Virus record (IMG/VR): IMGVR_UViG_3300020042_006843
Span: 1-47,553 of that record
Direction: 5' to 3' (one strand)
Length of the DNA stretch: 47,553 nt
Source of the DNA: a virus
Lineage: Duplodnaviria > Caudoviricetes
Shown here: piece after piece, positions 28,597 through 37,067 of the stretch
Numbering within the stretch: position 1 is the stretch's first letter
Layout: every line of letters begins with the position of its first letter
Translations under genes and position numbers: made by a program
Notes under the pieces: generated by a model
What the model saw: only the letters and a program-made list of their open reading frames with translations
What the model was told of the DNA's origin: nothing
The model's database searches: none

Positions 28597-28833
28597 ATGG
28601 CAAACTGTCCCGAATTTTACAGCACAGATATTAAAATCTTGCAACAATCTCAAAGTAAGATGGCATTAGAGTATTTGAATTTAATGGGTGTTAAACCAAC
28701 CGTAGAAGAACTATGGAGAGTAACTGAAGTATTTGTTCAATGTTGTCTTCATAAACAAGACGATGACCTTAAAAAGAGAATTAAAGGATTGGACGAATGG
28801 ATTGTAAAAAAACAATCTAAAAATAAAGTATAA
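28597..28833 (+). CDS. Hypothetical 78-aa protein (MANCPEFY...)
   Basis: Likely start is ATG 28597, 1 nt after the upstream stop; the longer 28363 call is an overlap artefact. Confidence 0.6.
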   Translation: MANCPEFYSTDIKILQQSQSKMALEYLNLMGVKPTVEELWRVTEVFVQCCLHKQDDDLKKRIKGLDEWIVKKQSKNKV

Positions 28834-28854
28834 CACAATTTTCGTTATATAATT

Positions 28855-28897
28855 AAAGGGGGATTTGGTTTGGTGTACCATCTCTCCTTTTTTTTTT
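28855..28897 (+). terminator. Intrinsic terminator of the plus-strand pair
   Basis: GGGGGAT...ATCTCTCC stem (with GU pairs) followed by T10. Confidence 0.6.
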
Positions 28898-28928
28898 ACA
28901 TGTATTTGGTTTTTTAGATTATTTTTTT

Positions 28929-29053
28929 TATATTTAATATTGGAGAGGATGTTACTTTCTTTTTTTTAATTGTTGTGCCATTTTCAATTGTTCCAACATC
29001 CTCTCCTTAAATATATATCATAATCCCCCTTCAATTTTGTTGGGGGATTTTTT
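28929..29053 (+). ncRNA. Candidate hairpin small RNA
   Basis: TATATTTA motif, 12-bp stem GGAGAGGATGTT/AACATCCTCTCC, then terminator AATCCCCC...GGGGGATT-TTT. Confidence 0.35.
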
Positions 29054-29057
29054 GTTG

Positions 29058-29084
29058 CATAAAAAAAGGTCCCAATCGGGACCC
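29058..29084 (-). terminator. Terminator hairpin and left copy of a 19-bp direct repeat
   Basis: cataaaaaaaggtcccaat, followed by cgggacc completing the GGTCCC/GGGACC stem. Confidence 0.7.
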
Positions 29085-29088
29085 TTAA

Positions 29089-29310
29089 TTATTTCATTAA
29101 AAATTTAAATTCTTCTTTCATAACATCTTTCCAACCAATAGGTTCTTCAGATTTATCTTCATCATTATCAGTTTCCCATCGACTAATAATAGTCTCATCT
29201 TCACTGCTGTCAAAATAATAAGTGTAACCATTTAATTCAACATAAACACATCCTTGTTCAATTGTAACATGTTGATTTTCTTTTCCTACTTGATTGATTT
29301 GAATTTTCAT
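29089..29310 (-). CDS. Hypothetical 73-aa acidic protein (moron-like cassette)
   Basis: Has its own promoter and terminator, and is flanked by direct repeats. Confidence 0.65.
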   Translation of the reverse strand: MKIQINQVGKENQHVTIEQGCVYVELNGYTYYFDSSEDETIISRWETDNDEDKSEEPIGWKDVMKEEFKFLMK

Positions 29311-29357
29311 GATATTATTTGTTCAGTAACCTGTTCCCGTTTTTATCTTTTGTTCCA

Positions 29358-29389
29358 CAAAGATAAAAGGTATTTTTAATATATCCAAA
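29358..29389 (-). promoter_or_regulatory. Consensus Bacteroidota promoter
   Basis: TTTG (29386-29389), 20-nt spacer, TATCTTTG (29358-29365). Confidence 0.7.
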
Positions 29390-29402
29390 AAAAAGTTATC
29401 CA

Positions 29403-29429
29403 CATAAAAAAAGGTCCCAATTGGAACCT
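29403..29429 (-). terminator. Terminator of the late operon and right copy of the 19-bp direct repeat
   Basis: cataaaaaaaggtcccaat, followed by tggaacct completing the hairpin. Confidence 0.7.
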
Positions 29430-29461
29430 AATTCATTTATTATTTTTTGTGTGATTTAAGA

Positions 29462-29788
29462 CTACTTCTTTTCCCATTGACTATAACATATACCCGCAGC
29501 CTGTTCCTGTCCATATTCGTCAATTATGGACGAAATACACCTACTTATATACTCGTCTTGGGTTTCCGAACCTGATGGTTCAGGAATAACAAATTTTTGT
29601 TTGGTTTTTGATGCCTCTAATGGGACACAGTTTGGAACTTCCCTACCATCAACTATCTTTGTGCCGACTTGAACGTAGTCTTCCCAACATGGATCATTCT
29701 CTCCTTTTTCAAGAGGTTCAAAATTATTCTTTTTTATTTTAGACAATTCAATTTTGACATCTCTGATTATTTGTAATCTATCTTTCAT
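29462..29788 (-). CDS. Small two-module Cys protein, probable internal head protein
   Basis: PCWEDYVQVGTK...VPNCVP and PEP...E....ISRC...EQAAGICYSQW modules, which resemble phage head-associated passenger motifs. Confidence 0.55.
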   Translation of the reverse strand: MKDRLQIIRDVKIELSKIKKNNFEPLEKGENDPCWEDYVQVGTKIVDGREVPNCVPLEASKTKQKFVIPEPSGSETQDEYISRCISSIIDEYGQEQAAGICYSQWEKK

Positions 29789-29789
29789 G

Positions 29790-29984
29790 TTACGCTTTTT
29801 TAAATATCATTGCTTTATTGTTCAATAAGATACTGTTGTAGTTTTCACTAATCCAATCAGCAAGTTGGTAATGTGATATTCCCAATTGTTTGTTTAAATT
29901 ACTATCCATTAATCTTTCGAAGTAGTGAGTCTTATTGTACTTTTTTAATTCATGTTCTGTTGGTGGTGGTAATTCTATATTCAT
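29790..29984 (-). CDS. Hypothetical 64-aa protein
   Basis: Operon-coupled ORF. Confidence 0.5.
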   Translation of the reverse strand: MNIELPPPTEHELKKYNKTHYFERLMDSNLNKQLGISHYQLADWISENYNSILLNNKAMIFKKA

Positions 29985-30241
29985 ATTCCTTTATAATTTT
30001 TTAATTTCTTATTCTCTTCATATAATATTTCAACCTTCTTTTCAAGGTCTTGTATCTTTATGTTTAAACTTTGTATTTCTTGTTTTAAATCATCTATAAT
30101 ATTCTTGTACAGACCAATAGATAATTCAAGGTTACGAAGAACTTGATTGTCAGTTTCCGCATTTGACCTGCGTCTTCCAACAAACCATCCTGCAATACCT
30201 GTTAACATGTTTGAAATCAATAATAGTATTTCTGTGTTCAT
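29981..30241 (-). CDS. Membrane-anchored coiled-coil protein (holin-like candidate)
   Basis: N-terminal hydrophobic helix, RRR, then a heptad coiled coil. Confidence 0.5.
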   Translation of the reverse strand: MNTEILLLISNMLTGIAGWFVGRRRSNAETDNQVLRNLELSIGLYKNIIDDLKQEIQSLNIKIQDLEKKVEILYEENKKLKNYKGI

Positions 30242-30250
30242 ATCTTAAAA

Positions 30251-30871
30251 TTACATGCAACCCTTACATGGGTCATCATAATGTGCTCTATCACTATAAA
30301 CAGGTATGCTACCATCATTATATCTTCTATAAGCCCAACCATATCTTGTTGTATGGTTAAGTGCAATAGGAGTAGAGTACTTGTCGGATTTATTTGGTAC
30401 CATACCATCTATTGTTGAATATTGGTCATATTGAGGGAACTTACCTTGACCACGTCCTGTGATTAGATAATCTTGCAAACGCATCTTATAGAAGTCAGCT
30501 CTTTGTTTTTGGATACTTCTCATGTACTTCATGGCCTCCATGTCTACACCATTTCCGAACTCGCTTGTACCGATTTCCAATCCCCGATTTAAAGTCCTTA
30601 TATGGATGTGGGGAATTGCTTGTTGGTAAGATTCTTGTATAAGCCATGGTTGAATATAATCTGTTACCAAGGTTGTTTCATCAGCGTTAAATGTATTACC
30701 TGTTGAACTTACTTTTGATAGTAAATGTTCATAAAATTTAGTACCAAGTACACCCTGAAGCTGCGTATCCTGAGCAATTTGAATTTCACTTTTTAACAAA
30801 TCTGAGTCAACCAGCTTATTGATTGCCGTAAAGGACTTTATTTTCTGTTCTGATATTAATAATACTCCCAT
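30251..30871 (-). CDS. Head-tail adaptor (putative)
   Basis: Directly after portal; LLISE...AQD..LQ..LGT.FY..L...YI.P.L...A.FY..RL..YL pattern. Confidence 0.6.
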   Translation of the reverse strand: MGVLLISEQKIKSFTAINKLVDSDLLKSEIQIAQDTQLQGVLGTKFYEHLLSKVSSTGNTFNADETTLVTDYIQPWLIQESYQQAIPHIHIRTLNRGLEIGTSEFGNGVDMEAMKYMRSIQKQRADFYKMRLQDYLITGRGQGKFPQYDQYSTIDGMVPNKSDKYSTPIALNHTTRYGWAYRRYNDGSIPVYSDRAHYDDPCKGCM

Positions 30872-30872
30872 G

Positions 30873-32036
30873 TTATACTAAAGTTGAAGTTATAGGTTTA
30901 TCATCCACTACTGGATTTTCTCTTATGTCACCTGTTAAAAATAAACTTAAAGGTTTGATTTCAAATGTTGTGTACATACTTGTCTTTAAAGACATTAATT
31001 TATTGAATGTAGGAAGTAATTCATTTTGATATGGTTGAATAACCGTCTTTCTGAAAAATTCCGTATGTTCGGTCAGCTCTTGAGCGGAACCAAGTTTACC
31101 TGCTGTACTAATACCAAATAACTCACCACTTGATACTCTATGACCTGATAAGATTGAACGAGTAATGTCCTCGTACACTTGAGAATAGTAACCATCGTTT
31201 GATGATGCTGGTATCTGTGTTATTCTTGGTGATAATTCAGCACTCTCGTTAAATGAAATAATTGGTCTTCCTGCGTTATTAACTGATGAAAATTGTTCTT
31301 CAATACTTTGAGTGATGATTCTCATTTCATCAGATGACGGTACACCGTTTACAAAATCTATCCATAGACTTGGTAACATACCATTCTTTAGATTGTTTGC
31401 ATGAAACTCTTTTATGTTCACATCAATTTCTATGGCTGCAAGTGCGCCGCTATAATCAGGATGAGGATAATAACTATTGTTTGGAGTATATGACTTATAG
31501 TAATAAATCTGAGATGGTTCACCATCTTCTTGATTAAATGTATCATATTCTAATACAGGGAATTTTTTAATGTTTGACCAATCAGCTGAGTAATAATATT
31601 TTTCAATTTCATCAGTTTCAGGATTAATCTTACCACATCTTAGTCTTGAAAAGTCTGTATGGTAAATTTCAGCAATCGTTTTTCTATCTCTACTCCAAAT
31701 ACAATTTATCGCGTACCCTCCGAACAAAACCAAATCCAACGCACATTTACGAAATACGTCAGATATGTTTTCTTTTTTGTTCACAAGATTAACTGTGGCC
31801 ATGGGATTATTTAATGAAACCATTCCGTCTCCACAAATTTGTTCTCTCTTTGATGTGATAATTGCTTTATGGATTGCACAATTTTGGTAACGACTGATTA
31901 GATATTGCGCCATGTGATTATCACCACCATATAGAACCCATGGTCTTCTATCAAAAACTTCTGAGAACATAGGTAAAATTGGTTCTTGACGGAATCCAAT
32001 CTTTCTTAATTGATATTTTTCTTTTTCTTGACTCAT
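30873..32036 (-). CDS. Portal protein
   Basis: H.AII..K, D..LFGG.A, YYP.PDY, NN..NG..PS, NAGR, IL.GHR, VI.PYQ portal-like motifs. Confidence 0.85.
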   Translation of the reverse strand: MSQEKEKYQLRKIGFRQEPILPMFSEVFDRRPWVLYGGDNHMAQYLISRYQNCAIHKAIITSKREQICGDGMVSLNNPMATVNLVNKKENISDVFRKCALDLVLFGGYAINCIWSRDRKTIAEIYHTDFSRLRCGKINPETDEIEKYYYSADWSNIKKFPVLEYDTFNQEDGEPSQIYYYKSYTPNNSYYPHPDYSGALAAIEIDVNIKEFHANNLKNGMLPSLWIDFVNGVPSSDEMRIITQSIEEQFSSVNNAGRPIISFNESAELSPRITQIPASSNDGYYSQVYEDITRSILSGHRVSSGELFGISTAGKLGSAQELTEHTEFFRKTVIQPYQNELLPTFNKLMSLKTSMYTTFEIKPLSLFLTGDIRENPVVDDKPITSTLV

Positions 32037-32040
32037 AAAT

Positions 32041-32406
32041 TTAACTTAAGTAAATGTAATTTTCGTTGTCTTCGTTAGGTGAGATATATTCAACAAATGG
32101 TGCTGGTTCACTATTACCAACTAATTCAGCCATTCCTGTAAAAACTTTGGATGTACCATTACCATAAATGTTCAATTCGTATTGACCTTCGTAATTGAGG
32201 TCATTGGTATATAAATCCAAAACAATCTCACAATAACGAATATTATCCGCGTATTGACTTGGGTTTGATGTATTAACAGTATAACTCTTAACTTCTTCAG
32301 ACATGACATGTATGAAGGTTAAAGTATAACCTGTAAAATCTGTTCTTGAGTTGTTATTGATATTCATGACCAACTCATTTACCTGTCCTTTTTGTATTAT
32401 TAACAT
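32041..32406 (-). CDS. Small beta-rich virion protein (head closure/connector candidate)
   Basis: Between major tail and portal; GQY.L.IY motif; GATATTTA 6 nt upstream. Confidence 0.45.
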   Translation of the reverse strand: MLIIQKGQVNELVMNINNNSRTDFTGYTLTFIHVMSEEVKSYTVNTSNPSQYADNIRYCEIVLDLYTNDLNYEGQYELNIYGNGTSKVFTGMAELVGNSEPAPFVEYISPNEDNENYIYLS

Positions 32407-32467
32407 AATATATAAATATCCTCTTACTTGTAAATATAAAAAAAGTTTAGTTGGAATGGTAGAATAT

Positions 32468-32497
32468 AAAAAAAGGAGTGGTTACCCACTCCCTTTT
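32468..32497 (-). terminator. Intrinsic terminator after the major tail gene
   Basis: GGAGTGG-ttac-CCACTCC with A7 on the plus strand (U7 on minus). Confidence 0.75.
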
Positions 32498-32534
32498 ACG
32501 AGATATAGAAATTCAGTCCACCACAGACTTACGA

Positions 32535-33074
32535 TTATCCACTGATTGTGAATCCTGTGAACACAGTTGCTAAAGCTCCTGTAATAACTCTACTAGGTTC
32601 TGGCTCCTGGCCTTGAAGTGTAATCTCCGCGCCATTGCGATCTGCCACGTTCAAGCCTGTACCTAAAGTACCTGCTGAAATGAACAAACCATTTTCTTGA
32701 CCTAACAAATATTGTGTATCGTTTTGGTCAATTGCAACAACTTTTAATTCGTCGTTCTTCGCCATCGCATAAACTAAATCAGCTTTGTCTTGGTCGTATT
32801 TGTAGAACACCATCAAAAGTTCTTGAAGGAAGAACAAGCTGCCCGCTTCAAATGACTTTGAAATTGTTTGAGTAAGTGAGCTCGTATTGCGCTTCAATTC
32901 GAAGCCATACAAAGTACCACTACCTGTTACACCTGTCACCTCGCCGTTTACGTTGTAGGTTACTCCAGTGATTGTCGCACCAGATGTACCACCTAAGATA
33001 TAAACCTTTTTGATGCCGCCCAATGAGTCTGAACATCCAAGATTTATACCACTATTAATGAAACATGTTGACAT
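32535..33074 (-). CDS. Major tail (tube) protein, copy B
   Basis: C....G..LGC.D..GGIKKVYI...D.N....LLG..NG....G...G....D.NG...L.G.E.EP pattern; follows the capsid gene. Confidence 0.7.
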   Translation of the reverse strand: MSTCFINSGINLGCSDSLGGIKKVYILGGTSGATITGVTYNVNGEVTGVTGSGTLYGFELKRNTSSLTQTISKSFEAGSLFFLQELLMVFYKYDQDKADLVYAMAKNDELKVVAIDQNDTQYLLGQENGLFISAGTLGTGLNVADRNGAEITLQGQEPEPSRVITGALATVFTGFTISG

Positions 33075-33110
33075 ATTTTTATGTATTAATTTTTTTGTTT
33101 ATTTTAAAAT

Positions 33111-33129
33111 GGGAGGACTTTCACCTCCC
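33111..33129 (-). terminator. Hairpin after capsid gene B
   Basis: GGGAGG-actttca-CCTCCC. Confidence 0.5.
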
Positions 33130-33148
33130 TTGTTTTTATAATTTGATA

Positions 33149-34132
33149 TTACAATCCGTTAACTGCAAAGTAAGCTGTTGATCCAAATTTAGCAATTTGG
33201 GCACCATAGGAATAATTTGAACGCCCCTTCAGCAAATCAAAATCTTTTGAATAAAATACATCGATCTTTTCCGTATCTGTCAATAAATCCGTTCCAAAAA
33301 ATGCGTATCTAGCTGGTAAAATACAAACATAGTTGTCTGTGATACCTATGGTTGGGACAACCTTCACTGTACTATTGGGATGAATCGCGTATGCGTTAGC
33401 CATATCACCGATAGACTTAGCTCCGTTAATGTAATTTTGGAAGTAGTTCGCAACTGTTAGAGATTGAATGTACTTGCGAAACTGACTGAATGAAAGAAAA
33501 ACCTTAAGATCGTCCAAAGCTTGAACGTTAGAATCTAAAGCGTTTATCATCTTGTCAATTTCGTAAATCGGATTTCCGTTTGTACCGTATGCAACCGCTT
33601 GGTTGAACGCTGTACCTGATACAGAAACACCAACACCAGTTTGACCTGAAGCGATTAATGTTTTTAAACCGTTGAAACAGTCACCACCTGCGGTAGTTGC
33701 TGTCCAAATTTTAGTTTCAACTCTTTGTTGAATTTGTTGAACTAAGTTGTCAGCGATATAATTTTCGAAAGGTGCTGATTCGTTTTCAGCAATTTGACCT
33801 GGATTTAAGAACATTGACAAATATGTGTCATGTAAATCTCTTGAACACCACTCCATGTTTACCTTTTCAGCACAAACAGTTAGGTCTCTTTGAGTGTATG
33901 TAGTTGTACCACCAGTTGCTCCGCCCCAACCACAAGCTCCTGCTTGGAAAACTGGAGTAGAGTCTAATAGGTTAAGTGATTGTGATCCCTTAACGCCGAT
34001 TCTTTGAGTAATTTCTTTAACTGTAGTAGCACCAACTAAAGCTTTTGTTAACAAAGCACCACCTACCTCATCGGTAAATCCAGTGATTGAACTAACTACA
34101 TAAGCGAAATCATTTTTTGAATAATTTTTCAT
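33149..34132 (-). CDS. Major capsid protein, copy B
   Basis: Paralog of 118-1089 in the same gene context. Confidence 0.8.
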   Translation of the reverse strand: MKNYSKNDFAYVVSSITGFTDEVGGALLTKALVGATTVKEITQRIGVKGSQSLNLLDSTPVFQAGACGWGGATGGTTTYTQRDLTVCAEKVNMEWCSRDLHDTYLSMFLNPGQIAENESAPFENYIADNLVQQIQQRVETKIWTATTAGGDCFNGLKTLIASGQTGVGVSVSGTAFNQAVAYGTNGNPIYEIDKMINALDSNVQALDDLKVFLSFSQFRKYIQSLTVANYFQNYINGAKSIGDMANAYAIHPNSTVKVVPTIGITDNYVCILPARYAFFGTDLLTDTEKIDVFYSKDFDLLKGRSNYSYGAQIAKFGSTAYFAVNGL

Positions 34133-34159
34133 AATCTTATTTTTTTGTTTAATTTTTTT

Positions 34160-34894
34160 TTATTTTTTTCTTAATTGAAGAATTGCATTAATTCTTGATT
34201 CTTCAAGGTTATTATCATTTTTAGAAAATTCTGTTTTACCATTTGGAATTGGTTTACCAGCTGGTTGTGATTTAAAAGCACTAAACTCAGCGTTCATAAC
34301 TTCCATTTTCTTTTCCATGTTCTTCATTTTCTCAGATACTTTTTTCATCATATCTTCTAATAATGAATAGATTTGTTTCATTGATTCTTCATCAACTGCA
34401 ACTTCTTCGTCGATAGCTTCATCGATGTCCTCTTCGTCTTCCATCATGGTTTCAATCTTAACGATTATACCATCTTTGGTTTCAACTTTAGTTCCATCAG
34501 ATAACTCATGGGTCCCATCAGGGGCCATTATCTCGGCCTCTTGAGTTACAACTTTAACTTCAGCGCCTTCAACTAATTCTTCACCAGATACTTTGATGAC
34601 AGTACCGTCCATTAATTTTGCGTCCATAAAGATTTCTTTAACTGCAACAATTTCACCTTCTTTTACTTCAATATTGAAGTTTTCAACTAAACGATACTTA
34701 CCTGATTCTAATGCTACTCTTTCAAATTCTTCATTTAATTTGGTGATTTTCTCACCTACCTTAAGGTTTGAAGTTTCTAAAATCGTATTATCTTCCGTCT
34801 TGAAAGACTTTAAAACAGCTTGATCGTCAGCCAAAAAACCGAATTGTTTCATTAAATTCTTAATTTCTGCAATTGCTTTTTTAGGGTTTGACAT
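34160..34894 (-). CDS. Scaffold protein, copy B
   Basis: Paralog of 1115-1864 (SFKTEDNTI, FERVALE.GKYRLVENF, APDG.HEL). Confidence 0.7.
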   Translation of the reverse strand: MSNPKKAIAEIKNLMKQFGFLADDQAVLKSFKTEDNTILETSNLKVGEKITKLNEEFERVALESGKYRLVENFNIEVKEGEIVAVKEIFMDAKLMDGTVIKVSGEELVEGAEVKVVTQEAEIMAPDGTHELSDGTKVETKDGIIVKIETMMEDEEDIDEAIDEEVAVDEESMKQIYSLLEDMMKKVSEKMKNMEKKMEVMNAEFSAFKSQPAGKPIPNGKTEFSKNDNNLEESRINAILQLRKK

Positions 34895-34976
34895 AATTTA
34901 TTATTTTGTTTTTGTTTATTTCCTCTAATTCTAAATATAAATTTGTATATATTAGACCAGATTATTTATTTTTATT

Positions 34977-36902
34977 TTACTCTTTTACGTTTTTTAGTAA
35001 ATCAGCAAGTTGTTGAAGGAACATGTACTCCTTAGAAAACTGTTCTACTTCCTCAAAGAACCCCGAAACCGAGTATCCCGCTAGTGAACCATCCTTAATT
35101 TTTTCCCAAACTTCATCATTACGTACTTTCATTGAAATAAACCATGTACCGATTGGTAAATCACCAAAACCATACTTCGTTGATTTATCGTTATCGTCTT
35201 CTTTAATCCATGACTCAATTACATATACATCCTGTTCAGCTTTACCATTATGTTCGGTGTCAGCGTTATCAAGATATTTCTTTCTCATGAACTTCTCTTG
35301 AATCTGAAAAATTGTGTCTTTTGTAAAATATACATAATAAGGAGTTCCATCTTTTTGCTTGCGATAGATGTATTGGTCAGGGACCATACAGGGACCTAAG
35401 ATGATTCTTTTTTCTTCTGAGTCAACTTGGAAGTTCTGTCTTGACATCTTCTCAGCTTGAAGTTTTCTTAACTTACGTTCAGCCCAACCTAAAGCATCAG
35501 GACCTCCCCATGACATGTACATGAGGTATCCACAACCATCTTCAAATGACTTTGATGATTGCAAATCAACCTTATGTCTTGATAGGTAGGAGTACATTCT
35601 CATGATAGTTTCTTCCGAGATGGGTTTACCGTCAGCAAGTTGATTAGCTCTGATTTTACCTACCTCAGTTCCACAAGAACCCCATCCATTTTCTTCAACA
35701 TATTTCAATACCCTTTTTGCGTTATCTTTAACACCTTGAGGGTAGTCTGAGTATGATTGGAAGTTATTCTTTGTTTTACCTGTTTGGATTTGGTCTACAT
35801 AAGATGGTAAACCACCTACGTCATAACCTAAATCTTCTTTAACATATCCTTCAATTAATTCAACATGGTCATCCATAAAAGATAAATCATGTTTCATTCC
35901 CGTAATTTTATCTACTTCACCAATAACATCTTTCATATCATCAACAGATACTTCAGCTTCTTCATATTGATGTTCTGTAGCCTCTTCTGCTTTTACTACT
36001 TCAATTTCAATTTTAAAAACATTATCAGCAGCTCTTGCAGCACTTCTAATCATTCCTATGGTATCTTCATCAACTTCCATCGATACAAGATGTCTGAACA
36101 ATTCTTGTGCTGAAGGACATAATGCAAAGTATCTTGTATGATAACCAAATACGTTTACATTTTGTGAGTCTATTTCAAACTTCTCTTTTGATAATCCTAA
36201 ATTCTTTTTTGTTTCAGGTGATGGGTTTGCAAGAGTCTTTGATGTAACAAGAGATGGTTGATACCAATCTGTTGCTAAGTCTGATGAACGACCTGCTTCA
36301 TCCTTAATCTTATTAGTTCCAATTGAAGTTTTATTTCTAATAGCACCTTCATTCTTATAAAGAATCTTAAACCAACGGTGTCTACAATTGAACCCGCCTC
36401 GGTAAAATTTAGGTTGTCCACCAAATCCTCCGTCATCAGGATCACTGTTTGGATTTAAGGTATTAATCTCTTCTAACCTCCATACAAAGTTCCTATTCAA
36501 TAATGTTCTACAATATTCTCTTGTTGTTGGTATAATCTCAGATTCATTAATGTTTGATGATAAACCATACTTAAATCTAGTTCTATAAAAATCAGTATCT
36601 TCTGATGATTCGTCATTTGGAGTAGTTGGTGCAAGACCAAAGTCATGATGACCCATTTCAGTTATTGATTCAATTTCCCATCCTTCATCAAGTAAATCTT
36701 GTTCTGATTGTCCTTTGGACATAAACATGTTTATGTACTTTTCATCTTCACCTTCAGGTACATGGAAGTCTTCTGGTTTTTGTTTATTGAAAAAAACATA
36801 GTCGTACTCAATTGCTGGTTCTGATACAAGGGAGATAAAATCTACCCCTGAAACCTCATCTTCGTCTTCTATTCTTAATTCAAATACTTTATCTTTTTTC
36901 AT
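34977..36902 (-). CDS. Prohead protease with passenger modules, copy B
   Basis: N-terminal ISLVSEPAIE, C-terminal ...TEH...IESW...GYSVSGFF; paralog of 1934-3664. Confidence 0.8.
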   Translation of the reverse strand: MKKDKVFELRIEDEDEVSGVDFISLVSEPAIEYDYVFFNKQKPEDFHVPEGEDEKYINMFMSKGQSEQDLLDEGWEIESITEMGHHDFGLAPTTPNDESSEDTDFYRTRFKYGLSSNINESEIIPTTREYCRTLLNRNFVWRLEEINTLNPNSDPDDGGFGGQPKFYRGGFNCRHRWFKILYKNEGAIRNKTSIGTNKIKDEAGRSSDLATDWYQPSLVTSKTLANPSPETKKNLGLSKEKFEIDSQNVNVFGYHTRYFALCPSAQELFRHLVSMEVDEDTIGMIRSAARAADNVFKIEIEVVKAEEATEHQYEEAEVSVDDMKDVIGEVDKITGMKHDLSFMDDHVELIEGYVKEDLGYDVGGLPSYVDQIQTGKTKNNFQSYSDYPQGVKDNAKRVLKYVEENGWGSCGTEVGKIRANQLADGKPISEETIMRMYSYLSRHKVDLQSSKSFEDGCGYLMYMSWGGPDALGWAERKLRKLQAEKMSRQNFQVDSEEKRIILGPCMVPDQYIYRKQKDGTPYYVYFTKDTIFQIQEKFMRKKYLDNADTEHNGKAEQDVYVIESWIKEDDNDKSTKYGFGDLPIGTWFISMKVRNDEVWEKIKDGSLAGYSVSGFFEEVEQFSKEYMFLQQLADLLKNVKE

Positions 36903-36934
36903 GTATTAAAATATAAATGTTTTATTTATAAATA

Positions 36935-37066
36935 TCAACGACCTTGTCCTCTATAGGATTTAGGTTTTTGTGATTTAGGTCCATAAGACTTTTTACCTGT
37001 AGGTTGTGATTTCTTTTTTCCGAAGGTTACTTTATAAGAACCTCCACTTGATTTTCCTTTAGCCAT
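36935..37066 (-). CDS. 43-aa basic peptide ending YRGQGR (copy B only)
   Basis: MAKGKSSGGSYKVTFGKKKSQPTGKKSYGPKSQKPKSYRGQGR; starts 1 nt after the tape measure stop; missed by the ORF track. Confidence 0.7.
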   Translation of the reverse strand: MAKGKSSGGSYKVTFGKKKSQPTGKKSYGPKSQKPKSYRGQGR

Positions 37067-37067
37067 A

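Noticed and set aside
30251-34132. Impression of more C/G-ending codons in the copy B capsid, tail and adaptor genes than in copy A
   Set aside because: Impression only; it needs a GC3/codon-usage calculation I cannot run.
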